DNA of 64,000 nt from the NCBI GenBank assembly GCA_029557215.1, contig JAKPQQ010000255.1:16-64015 (forward strand). Reading direction: 5' to 3'. The notes below the pieces were generated by a model. It made no database searches. It was not told where the DNA came from and saw only the letters and a program-made list of their open reading frames with translations. The position numbers and the translations under genes were made by a program. Shown here piece after piece: positions 19,130 through 27,652 of this stretch (positions within the stretch are counted from its first letter, which is position 1; the number at the start of each line of letters is the position of its first letter). The DNA is from Fibrobacterota bacterium (GTDB lineage Bacteria; Fibrobacterota; Fibrobacteria; UBA5070).

Positions 19130-20807
19130 ATTCTGGAAGCTCCTGATCGCGTCCGAGCGGCTCTCCCGCGAGGAGATCGAGCCCGTGTTCCGGGAATCGG
19201 GCGGCGACGCGTTCGAAGGACTGCGGAGGCTGGTCAAGGAGTATCCGCACGACAAAGACAAATATTGTCGACTCTGGGGCGATTCCATCGGGTTCGGGAC
19301 CGTGGATCTGGACACCACCCTGTTCGCGTCGGATCTGGTGGCGAGGCTCCCGGTGGAGATCGCGCGCCGGGTCCAGGCGATCCCGTTGTACGAGTTCGGC
19401 GGGACCGTCACGGTCGCCTGCGCCGATCCCCTTGACAAGCCCGGCCTGCAGGAGGTCTCGGCGCAGTTCAGGCAGCCGGTGAGCCCGGTGTTCGCGTGGC
19501 CCGACGACATCGGCGCGTCGATCGAGATCCACTACCAGTCGGAGGACGAGGTCCAGGACAGGATCCGTCGTTTCCTGGAAAAGCCGTTCTTCCGGGACGG
19601 CCAGGCGGTGACGCTGGAACAGCTCCAGCAGAGCGCCGGCGACCAGGCGGTGGTGGAGTTCGTCCACGCGATCCTGCTGCTGGCCGCCAAGCGCCGCGCC
19701 AGCGACATCCACATCGAACCCGGCGAGACCAAGGTCCGCATCCGGTTCCGGATCGACGGCGTGCTCAAGCCGGTCGCGAGCGTCTCTTCGCAGGTGCATC
19801 TCGCGCTGGTCTCGCGGCTCAAGATCCTGGCCAACCTGGACATCATCGAGAAGCGCAAGCCCCAGGACGGGCGCCTGTCCCTGGAGCTGCCTGGACGGAA
19901 CCTGGATTTCCGGTTCTCGAGCGTGCCGTCCATCTACGGCGAAAAGATCGTGCTGCGCATCCTGGGCCAGATCCAGAAGGTGTCGATCCCTTCGCTGGAG
20001 AACCTGACCCTGTCGCTGCGCCAGAAGAAGTCGTTGGAAAAGGTCATCTCGCATCCCAACGGGGTGTTCCTGCTCACCGGACCGACCGGATCGGGAAAGA
20101 CGACCACGCTCTACGCGATGCTCAAGGAGCTCAATCGCGACGGCGTGAACATCATGACCATCGAGGACCCGGTGGAGTACCGGCTGGGCGGGATCAACCA
20201 GATCCAGGTGAACCACGCGGTGGACCTGGATTTCGCGACCGCGCTGCGCAGCTTCCTGCGGCAGGATCCCGACGTGATCCTGGTCGGCGAGATCCGCGAC
20301 CGGGAGACCGCCCGGATCGCCCTGCAGGCCGCCTTGACGGGGCATCTGGTGCTGTCCACCTTGCACGCCAACAGCGCCATCCACGCCGTGACCCGTCTGC
20401 TGGACTTCGGGATCGAGCCCTATCTGGTGGGGCCCGCGCTGATCGGGACCATGGGGCAGCGTCTGGTGCGTCGGATCTGCGACCGGTGCAAGGAGTCGTA
20501 CGCGCCGCCGCGCGAGCTGCTCGACGAGCTGTTCGAATGGGACGGGAACGCCGATGTCAGGTTCTGGCGCGGAGCGGGGTGCCCGGCGTGCGCGGGAACC
20601 GGCTACGCGGGACGGATCGGCATCCACGAGACGTTCCTCCTGGACGACGGGGTCCGCGAGATGATTTCGCGCGGTGCGCCGCATTCCGAGGTGGAGATCG
20701 CGGCGCGCCGATCGGGATTCGTGGGACTGCGGTGGGACGGCATGAAGAAGGTCCTGCGGGGTTGGACCACCCTGGAAGAGCTGGACCGGGTCGCGCTGGA
20801 CGACTGA
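19113..20807 (+). CDS. GspE/PilB-family secretion/pilus assembly ATPase
   Basis: Track ORF of 564 aa. N-terminal T2SSE_N-like domain, Walker A GPTGSGKTTTLYA, Asp box, Walker B ILVGEIRD, His box LSTLHAN, and a tetracysteine CDRC...CPAC. Confidence 0.9.
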   Translation: MTPNPEFWKLLIASERLSREEIEPVFRESGGDAFEGLRRLVKEYPHDKDKYCRLWGDSIGFGTVDLDTTLFASDLVARLPVEIARRVQAIPLYEFGGTVTVACADPLDKPGLQEVSAQFRQPVSPVFAWPDDIGASIEIHYQSEDEVQDRIRRFLEKPFFRDGQAVTLEQLQQSAGDQAVVEFVHAILLLAAKRRASDIHIEPGETKVRIRFRIDGVLKPVASVSSQVHLALVSRLKILANLDIIEKRKPQDGRLSLELPGRNLDFRFSSVPSIYGEKIVLRILGQIQKVSIPSLENLTLSLRQKKSLEKVISHPNGVFLLTGPTGSGKTTTLYAMLKELNRDGVNIMTIEDPVEYRLGGINQIQVNHAVDLDFATALRSFLRQDPDVILVGEIRDRETARIALQAALTGHLVLSTLHANSAIHAVTRLLDFGIEPYLVGPALIGTMGQRLVRRICDRCKESYAPPRELLDELFEWDGNADVRFWRGAGCPACAGTGYAGRIGIHETFLLDDGVREMISRGAPHSEVEIAARRSGFVGLRWDGMKKVLRGWTTLEELDRVALDD

Positions 20808-20901
20808 CCGATCGGCGAGGCGCGATGGACTGGCGAAAGCCGATTCCACTGCGGCGGAGCCCCCGGCGGCGTTATCTTCCGGCGACAACGGAGGTGCATC
20901 G

Positions 20902-21732
20902 ATGATCCTGTCCCTCTTGCTGGGCGTTGCCGGTGCGGCGGCCTCCCAGCCGCAGAAGATCGTGGGATACTACCCGTCTTGGGGGATCTACCAGGGGTTC
21001 ACCTGGAAGCAGGTCGACTACACCCAGGTGACCCACGTCGCGTGGTCGTTCGCGATGGTCGACAGCTCCACAGGGGCGTTGATCGGCCCGGGGGATCGCA
21101 GGGAATCGGACGACCTCGACTCGCTGGTGAAGGCGGCGCACGCCCACGGCGTGAAGGTCCTCGTGTCCTTGGGTGGTGCCACGGGTTCCGGCGCGACCTA
21201 TTCGGGGAGCGCGACGTATTCGGACTACCGCTCGATCGTCGCGGACCTTCCGACCTGGATGCGCCATTGGGACGACACCGCCAAGGCGAACTGGGCCACG
21301 ACGCCGGACGGCGGATACGTCACGTGGGACGATCCGCGGACCGCGGCCATGAAGGCCCGCTGGGCCAAGGAGAACGGCTACGCGGGCGCGATCGTGTGGG
21401 AACTGTCGCAGGATCACGCCGGCGGTGGGAACCACCCGATCATGGACAGCCTGGCGAAGGTCCTGCTGGGCGATCCGGTCGCGGTCGCGTCGCGCGTCCC
21501 GAAGGGCGATGGAATCCGTCAAGCCGGGGGCGAGGTCGTCCTCGATCTCGCGGACGGCGAATCCGGGACGCTGGAGCTGGTCGACCCTCTGGGGCGGGTG
21601 CTCCGCTCGACGAACGGGCGTGGGGCCGCGCTGCGGATCGGGTTGGACGGAATTCGTCCGGGGGTGGTCCTGGCGCGGACGGACCGGGGGCCGCGAACCA
21701 TGGTCCTGGTGGTCGGGGTGCCGAGCCGGTAA
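20902..21732 (+). CDS. GH18-like protein lacking the catalytic core, with C-terminal sorting-tail-like domain
   Basis: Track ORF; ACGGAGGTG lies upstream. Short signal MILSLLLGVAGAAAS. GH18 blocks present: KIVGYYPSWG, VTHVAWSFA, VKVLVSLGG and YAGAIVWELSQDH. No DxxDxDxE strand lies between them. Tail: EVVLDLADGESGTLELVDPLGRVLRS...VVLARTD. Confidence 0.7.
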   Translation: MILSLLLGVAGAAASQPQKIVGYYPSWGIYQGFTWKQVDYTQVTHVAWSFAMVDSSTGALIGPGDRRESDDLDSLVKAAHAHGVKVLVSLGGATGSGATYSGSATYSDYRSIVADLPTWMRHWDDTAKANWATTPDGGYVTWDDPRTAAMKARWAKENGYAGAIVWELSQDHAGGGNHPIMDSLAKVLLGDPVAVASRVPKGDGIRQAGGEVVLDLADGESGTLELVDPLGRVLRSTNGRGAALRIGLDGIRPGVVLARTDRGPRTMVLVVGVPSR

Positions 21733-21738
21733 GGCGGG

Positions 21739-24486
21739 TCAGCGCGTACGCCGGATCCCGATCCAGGACGGAACCGCCTGGAGATTGAACCGTTCCAGGG
21801 TCAGCCGTTCGGGCGACCACGCTCCACGCGCGATCCGCAGCTGACCGACCCGGCCTTCGAAGCCGGGGCGTGCCGAGATACCACCGATGTGGAAGGTGAG
21901 GGTGGGTCCTGAAACCGATCCGGGGTGCGAGAACCTGGAGATCGTGCCGGTGGCGTCGTCGACGAAGCTCGCCGTGGTGGATGTCGGGGTCCGGGCGAGG
22001 GCGAGTCCGAACGGCCGGCGCGCGGGAATGCGCGGCCCCGACGGACCCGATACGGTCTCCGAGTTGACGGATTCCGACATGACCGGGGCGTGGAACAGGC
22101 GAGGCGTCCGGGGGGACGAGGTGTCGGCGACGCTGCCGAGCGACACTTGTTCCGATCCGTCGTAGAATCCCGCCAGTGACGCCTGGGGAGGGATGGAATC
22201 CAGGTCCCAGATTCCGACGGCCGTGCAGGAATCCTCCTTGGGGATCAGGTCGTAGAGGGTGGTTTGCAGGTTCTGGGAGGAAGACAGCTCCATGGTGCGA
22301 CCCCACGGCCCCGGGGTGGAAGCGACGGGGACGGGGTTCAGGAACGGGCGCAGCTTGGCGGGTTGTCCGGTCGCGGGATCCAGCGGCGACAGCGCGGATG
22401 TCCCGGTGGCGGGATCGAACACGGCGTGCCAATGCCTCGCGAGGAAGACGGAATCCGGCGAATGCCGTGGCGTTTTGGTCGCGGCCGGATTCCCTTGCCG
22501 CCAGCTCCACGACACCGTCCCGCCGGACGGGAGGGAATCGGCGAGGATCCAGGCCTCGGCACGGCCGGTGGGGGCGTCCCAGAGCTGGACCCAGAACGGC
22601 ACGGAACCACCGGTGGAATCGAAGAACCGCAAGTCGTCGCCGTTTCCGGAACCCAGGGAGAAATCGACCATTCCGTCGAGCACGACGCGAACGGGGATCG
22701 GCCCGGGAGCGGAGGGAAGCTCGGGGACCCGCAGTTCCACGGTGCCCGCTCGCGCCCAGGAGTCGGCATCTTCGATCGCGTCGGAGCGGACCTGGAGCAT
22801 GGTCGGGGTCGCCGAAGCCGATGCCTGGACTTCCCAGGATTGTCCCAGGAGGCGCGATTCGCCCAGGTGGCGGAGGGCGATCCGGTAGGTGCCTTGCGGC
22901 AGGGTGTCGAACAGGATCGGGGCATCGGGCGCGACGGGTCCCAGGCGGCGGCCGGTCCCCAGGAGCAGGACATCGAAACCTCCCGCGCTCCAGGTCGTCG
23001 TGGCTTCGGGAGGGAGCGCGATCCGCAGCGAAAGGACTCCGTCGCGCGGAAGGAGCCTGGCCGTCGCGGGCAGATCCTGTCCGGCGTCCCAGGGCACGCT
23101 GGCCGCCTGGGCGCCGGAGGAGTCCCGGATTTCCAGTCGAAGGCGCCGGTCGGGGAACGTCGCGATCGCGCACTCGCCCGACCCGTTGGCGCGCCCCGAC
23201 ATCGCGAAACCTTCGGAACCGGGGGATTCGGATCCGACGACGACGCGCGCCGACGCGGCGGGGGAATCGCCGGCGGTGGCGGTCCGCAGGATCGTCCACC
23301 GGGTGGCGGAATCGGGAAGGTCGGCGGCGGCTCGCAGGATCCTGGCCGGGGCCGATGCCGCGTCGGTGTCGACGGAATCCGTTGCCAGAGGGGTCGCGTC
23401 GCGGCCCAGGTAGGAGACGTTCCAGCGACCCGCCGGAAGCGGACGCGATGTCCAGCCGCCGTCGTCGTCGGGGCGGAGCGTCCAGGGCGTGCCTTCGATC
23501 CGGATGCGGAGGGACGCAAGGTCCCAGGACCCTCCGCTGGACACGACGGGAAGCAACGCTCCCTGGATCGCCGTCTGTTTGGCCAGGCGGATGGTGTCGG
23601 GAATCCCGGCGACGGGATCCAGGGCAAGGAGCGCTCCGCCGCCACGGCCGTCGTCCAAGGTCAGGAACGCGGCGGAAGCCAGGGATGGCCTGGCGCAGAG
23701 TCCCGAGTCGTCGGAGACCAAGGTGTCGAGCGCCTTGCCGGAATCCGTCCACAGGACCGCCAGGGTCCGCACGGGGGTGCCGGTTCCGGAAAGCACCCGG
23801 AACGCGGGCGGTGCGGATGGATCGGCGGCCAGGACGGTATCCAGCCGGGCGGTGTCGCGGGATTCCACGTCGCAGGAATCCAGCGCCAGGACGGGGCGGG
23901 ACCGTCCGTCCAGGAGGACGGGCGCGAACGTCCCGGGAGGAAGCGAATCGAGCCTCCAGCGTCCGAGACTGTCGAGATCCGCCTGGCGCCCGAGCCCGGG
24001 AACGACGACCTTCCAGTCGCGGAAGGATCCGCCGTCGGCGGATCGGACGGTTCCGGCGAGCGATCCCCACGGCATGGCCCGCAGATCGCGGAGCGTTCCG
24101 GATTCCAGCCAGGAACGCTGCACCACCAGCCAGGCGCCGACGGAATCCGTCGGGACGTCCGCCGTCAGCACAAGGCGCTGGTCCGCGGGGCGCGGCGGGA
24201 ACGAATAGGCTCCGTCGGAATCCGTCAATGCGGTCCAGGTGGAATCGGTCGACCCGGGAATCCACGTGTCGGGTCGCAGGTGGACGACCGCTCCCGGCAC
24301 GGGACGCGATCGCGCGTCCACGACCCTGCCCGAGAGCTCGTTGGGAACGTCGGAACCGCCGCCCAATCGGAGGTCTCCGCATCCGTTGGCCAGCCACAGC
24401 AGCGCGCAACACGCGACCTTGGACGCGGTCGCCCATCGCGATCGTCCGGAATGGGCTGTGCTGCGGGTGCTGTTCCGTGCGGACAT
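21739..24486 (-). CDS. large lipoprotein: multiple carboxypeptidase-regulatory-like repeats + DUF2341 + LamG-like domain (module D)
   Basis: Track ORF of 915 aa. N-terminus KVACCALLWLANGCGDLRLGGGSD is a lipobox-like, less canonical sequence. Repeats of the type SGRVVDARSRPVPGAVVHLRP...TDSDGAYSF. Clear DUF2341 pattern: PIPVRVVLDGMVDFSLGSGNGDDLRFFDSTGGSVPFWVQLWDAPTGRAEAWILADSLPSGGTVSWSWRQGNPAA. LamG-like end: FEGRVGQLRIARGAWSPERLTLERFNLQ. Confidence 0.8.
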   Translation of the reverse strand: MSARNSTRSTAHSGRSRWATASKVACCALLWLANGCGDLRLGGGSDVPNELSGRVVDARSRPVPGAVVHLRPDTWIPGSTDSTWTALTDSDGAYSFPPRPADQRLVLTADVPTDSVGAWLVVQRSWLESGTLRDLRAMPWGSLAGTVRSADGGSFRDWKVVVPGLGRQADLDSLGRWRLDSLPPGTFAPVLLDGRSRPVLALDSCDVESRDTARLDTVLAADPSAPPAFRVLSGTGTPVRTLAVLWTDSGKALDTLVSDDSGLCARPSLASAAFLTLDDGRGGGALLALDPVAGIPDTIRLAKQTAIQGALLPVVSSGGSWDLASLRIRIEGTPWTLRPDDDGGWTSRPLPAGRWNVSYLGRDATPLATDSVDTDAASAPARILRAAADLPDSATRWTILRTATAGDSPAASARVVVGSESPGSEGFAMSGRANGSGECAIATFPDRRLRLEIRDSSGAQAASVPWDAGQDLPATARLLPRDGVLSLRIALPPEATTTWSAGGFDVLLLGTGRRLGPVAPDAPILFDTLPQGTYRIALRHLGESRLLGQSWEVQASASATPTMLQVRSDAIEDADSWARAGTVELRVPELPSAPGPIPVRVVLDGMVDFSLGSGNGDDLRFFDSTGGSVPFWVQLWDAPTGRAEAWILADSLPSGGTVSWSWRQGNPAATKTPRHSPDSVFLARHWHAVFDPATGTSALSPLDPATGQPAKLRPFLNPVPVASTPGPWGRTMELSSSQNLQTTLYDLIPKEDSCTAVGIWDLDSIPPQASLAGFYDGSEQVSLGSVADTSSPRTPRLFHAPVMSESVNSETVSGPSGPRIPARRPFGLALARTPTSTTASFVDDATGTISRFSHPGSVSGPTLTFHIGGISARPGFEGRVGQLRIARGAWSPERLTLERFNLQAVPSWIGIRRTR

Positions 24487-24552
24487 CGTTCCTTTCCCGG
24501 ATGCCTTGGGTTGGTCGGGGAAAGATAAGGTCGCTCCGCGCCGCGGCGTGCC

Positions 24553-25425
24553 TCAATTCCCCGAAGGTCTTCCCTTCTTGACGATTTCCGTCGACACGGG
24601 GAACACCTGGAAGTTCGCCTGGTAGACCTCCTGGGCGTCGTCGTCGGACGCGATCCGGAGGATCTCCTCGCGCAGGGCGTCGATCATTCCCGACAATTTC
24701 CGGAACGACTCGCGGCTCATCGAGAGCGTGCAGGTGGAAAAATGCCTTCGCGACGGCGGGAGGTCGTCCATGGCCTGGAGCGATTTCAGCACCATCTCGC
24801 GCTTGAACTCCCGCAGGAGCGACGAGGGCGCTCCGGATGCGGAAAGCACCGGACTCGATTGCGCGTAGGAGCCGTCGGGATCGCGGCGCAGGAGCCCCAT
24901 CTCCAGCAGGCGCTCGACGGAATGCCGGGCCTTCTCGCCCGAGATCGGAGGGCGGACGGCGGCTCCGAGCGCGGCCCAGTCGCCGCGCCAGTCCATGTGG
25001 ACCGCGAGCTCGCGGACCACGACGTGGTGCCATTCCTCCCAGTACGGGAACTGGCTGGCCAGGGTGCGGCGGAATTCGCGGGACTTGCGCAGCCGCTTGA
25101 CCTCCTGGAAGGTCCGCTCGCGCTCCTCGAGCGTGCAGGCCTGGTTGAACCTCGCGAGCGCCTCCAGGAACCGCGCGTGCCGACCGGCCAGACCGATCGC
25201 TCCCGCCAGTTTCTGCAACGGCGCCTCGCCCAGCCTCCGCTTTCCGGAAAGCACGAGGCTCAGCGAACCGGTGGACGAAAACCCCAGGCGGGACGCGAAA
25301 GCGCGTTGCGAGAATCCCGGCTTGCGCCGTTTCTCCTCTTCGATGAAATCGGCAAGAAAGCGACGGAAGCTGTCGTATTCGAACAGCTTCCCGATCGATT
25401 CGGCCTTGCCGGTTTTTCTGTCCAA
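24553..25425 (-). CDS. TIGR02147/DUF4423-family putative HTH regulator, paralog D
   Basis: 3' part of track ORF 24553..26184. The sequence ...SIGKLFEYDSFRRFLADFIEEEKRRKPGFSQRAFASRLGFSSTGSLSLVLSGKRRLG... is colinear with paralog A. No ATG or GTG lies near the conserved N-terminus, so I place the start at the in-frame TTG at 25425. The start is uncertain. Confidence 0.75.
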   Translation of the reverse strand: MDRKTGKAESIGKLFEYDSFRRFLADFIEEEKRRKPGFSQRAFASRLGFSSTGSLSLVLSGKRRLGEAPLQKLAGAIGLAGRHARFLEALARFNQACTLEERERTFQEVKRLRKSREFRRTLASQFPYWEEWHHVVVRELAVHMDWRGDWAALGAAVRPPISGEKARHSVERLLEMGLLRRDPDGSYAQSSPVLSASGAPSSLLREFKREMVLKSLQAMDDLPPSRRHFSTCTLSMSRESFRKLSGMIDALREEILRIASDDDAQEVYQANFQVFPVSTEIVKKGRPSGN

Positions 25426-25523
25426 GTCGGATTCTCCGTCGTGGACGCGATCGGATCCCGCGTCGCACCGCAAGGGAGGATACGCACGCGGGACCGATCC
25501 GCAAAGGGGAAATGGCAGGAAAG

Positions 25524-25555
25524 GCCCGGCGCCTCCGAGGACAAGGCGCCGGGCG
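25524..25555 (-). terminator. hairpin between the BNR/CBM3 gene and regulator D
   Basis: GCCCGGCGCC-11 nt-GGCGCCGGGC, a 10-bp perfect stem 14 nt past the 25569 stop. Followed on the minus strand by CTTTCC, which is a weak U tract. Confidence 0.4.
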
Positions 25556-25568
25556 ACCTGCAGAGGGG

Positions 25569-26981
25569 TCAGCGGCGGGCGAAGCCCCAGACCTGGGTTC
25601 CACCGATGAACATGGGGAAGTAGGGGTTGTAGGTCCAGTTGGGATCCTCCACGAACGAGAAGTCGTTGTACTGCCCGAAGTAGGAGTTGTCCAGCTTGCC
25701 CAGCGCGCCGACGATCTCGGGGGATGTGCCGCCGACGGGGATCTGGACATCGGAATCCACCGTGATGTTGACGCGGCGTTCCGTGCCCAGGTTGGCGATG
25801 GTCGCCGAGACGTAGTAGCCGGAGGGCTGGTAGAGCGGGTAGTAGGTGGAGTTGGCGACGCCTTCGTGGGTGTAGCGGTAGCTCAGCAGGGCGTGGTTCA
25901 GGCGCACCGGGACCGAGCCCATGTTCTTGAACCGGATCGAATGCTTGATGGGCCGCACCAGCGCGCTGGTGTCGTGGCTCCTGTATTCCAGGGCGATGTT
26001 GCGCCCCGACCAGCGGGGCGTGCGGAACCAGGTCGTTCCGTTGTCGTCGGAACGGTACATCTCCCAGGAGGTGGTCGCGTACAGCGAGGTCGCGGACGGA
26101 GCGGCGGGTACCGCGACGGATGCGAAGGCCAGTCCTTCGTCGCCGATGGCGTACCAGGATTGTCCGCCGTTGCGCGTCGCCCACAGGGCGCGGCCCGCAC
26201 CGTCGCCGAAGGCGGCGTAGAAGGTCTTGCCGCTGGCGTCGCGCGAATCGATGGCGATGCCGGTGACCATTCTTTCAGGCAGGGCGGCCTTGCCCTGGAC
26301 CGTGCTGACCTTGTGCCAGCTGGGAACCTTGCCGGCCGCGACGCCGAACCCGATCCAGACTTCGCCGCTGGTCATGCCGACAACAACCGTTTCGGTGCCG
26401 GGCTTGGTGGCGACCGCCGCGACGGCGCCCGTGGCGCCCGCTGGACGGTAAGGGTCGTTGGCCGGAGCCGTGGTCGTGAAGGTGGCGCCACCGTCGGTGG
26501 AGTAGCGGACCCCGATCGAAGAAGTGACGTACACGGTGCCGTTGATCTGGTTGGCCGAAACGTTCCAGGCTTCGGTGATGCCGAGGTCCCGCCAGGAGGT
26601 GGTGCCCTTGTTGCAGCCGACCTTCCAGAGCTTGCCCTGGTACTTGTTGCCCATGAACGCGACGTAGCCCGTGAGTCCGTCGTAGTTCTTGACGGTGGCG
26701 ATCGCGGTGACGGGGAGGTTGGGCGCGACGTTCACCACGGTGCCGCCGGGATTGACCGCCGAGTCCAGGCGCATCCAGCTGTTGCTGGAAAGCTTGGCGT
26801 AGACGCGGCCATCCGAATAGCCGATCCAGTGTTCGCTGGTGGTGTGGTTGGCCTGCTGCGCGGCCGTGGGAATGGAGGTTCCGTTCTTGACCGGCTCCCA
26901 GGTGTCGATCGCGGCGGCGAGCGATGCGCCGGCGATGGCGGCCGTCGCGAGGAGGATCCGCGGGGTGCGTGCGTTGTTCAT
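25569..26981 (-). CDS. secreted BNR/Asp-box beta-propeller protein with C-terminal CBM3-like module (paralog)
   Basis: ATG at 26981 (GGAAGGA upstream; alternative ATG at 27002) inside track ORF 25569..27215. Signal MNNARTPRILLATAAIAGASLAAA. Asp boxes YSTDGGATF and RSDDNGTTWF. CBM3-like IRFKNMGSVPVRLNHALLSYRYTHEG. Confidence 0.85.
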   Translation of the reverse strand: MNNARTPRILLATAAIAGASLAAAIDTWEPVKNGTSIPTAAQQANHTTSEHWIGYSDGRVYAKLSSNSWMRLDSAVNPGGTVVNVAPNLPVTAIATVKNYDGLTGYVAFMGNKYQGKLWKVGCNKGTTSWRDLGITEAWNVSANQINGTVYVTSSIGVRYSTDGGATFTTTAPANDPYRPAGATGAVAAVATKPGTETVVVGMTSGEVWIGFGVAAGKVPSWHKVSTVQGKAALPERMVTGIAIDSRDASGKTFYAAFGDGAGRALWATRNGGQSWYAIGDEGLAFASVAVPAAPSATSLYATTSWEMYRSDDNGTTWFRTPRWSGRNIALEYRSHDTSALVRPIKHSIRFKNMGSVPVRLNHALLSYRYTHEGVANSTYYPLYQPSGYYVSATIANLGTERRVNITVDSDVQIPVGGTSPEIVGALGKLDNSYFGQYNDFSFVEDPNWTYNPYFPMFIGGTQVWGFARR

Positions 26982-27302
26982 TTCCGTTCCTTCCGTTTTC
27001 ATGTCGGGAATTGTCCTTGTTCCGAGGCCGGAGTCCCGATCGGCTTGGTCGTCGATGCGAGCGTTCCGGCTGAAGACAAATTTCGGCGAAACGGAGGTGG
27101 AAAGGAGCGCGGAACGGCGAGGACGGAAGGAAAACGCTTGCTGGCGCTTGCTACGGCGGACTCGGTTCAATCCATGTCGCGAGGGAACGGGATTCGGCCG
27201 ACCGGAATCGAACAAAGGGGATCGCCATTCGGCGATGGGCGGTCGGGCGAATGTGGATGCGCGGATCCCGGCGCGACGATGCGCCGGATGCCGGGGGCGG
27301 GG

Positions 27303-27599
27303 TCAGCCGTTGTCTTCGAAGACCAGCGTGTGCTTGCCCAGGTGGATCTCGTCGCCGTTCTGCAGCAGGGTGGCCTGCACGCGACGGCTTCCCATGTAGG
27401 TGCCGTTGAGGCTGTTGAGGTCTTCCAGCACGAAGTGGCTCGCCGAAGGATCGCCGTCGATGCGCAGATGGGTGCGCGAGACGCCGGGATTGTCGAGCAC
27501 GATCGTGTTCGTCTTCAGACGGCCCACGGTCACCGTGCCCGGAGGCAGCTGGACCTGGGAGATCTGTTTGTCGTTTTCAAGGACGTACAAGGAAGCCAT
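27303..27599 (-). CDS. stand-alone FHA-domain protein (98 aa)
   Basis: Only the 3' end of track ORF 27303..30788 is credible. From the ATG at 27599: MASLYVLENDKQISQVQLPPGTVTVGRLKTNTIVLDNPGVSRTHLRIDG...LEDLNSLNGTYMGSRRV...GDEIHLGKHTLVF, a canonical FHA pattern. Confidence 0.85.
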   Translation of the reverse strand: MASLYVLENDKQISQVQLPPGTVTVGRLKTNTIVLDNPGVSRTHLRIDGDPSASHFVLEDLNSLNGTYMGSRRVQATLLQNGDEIHLGKHTLVFEDNG

Positions 27600-27652
27600 A
27601 AGTCGAAGTGAATCATAGCATTCCGTCGACGCGTGGGTGTATCTTTCCGCGC

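Noticed and set aside
19113-19500. c-di-GMP-binding MshEN motif in the ATPase N-terminal domain
   Set aside because: I looked for the RLGxx(L/V/I)(L/V/I)xxG(L/V/I)(L/V/I)xxxxLxxxLxxQ pattern. The closest stretch (FWKLLIASERLSREEIEPVF) lacks the conserved Gly and Gln positions.
21440-25750. 1436-aa ORF on the minus strand (also 22176..24581, 22264..24528 and similar)
   Set aside because: The translation is a monotonous R/P/G/A-rich string with no domain-like segments. It lies out of frame or antisense over the well-supported lipoprotein D and regulator D genes. High G+C suppresses stop codons in the wrong frames.
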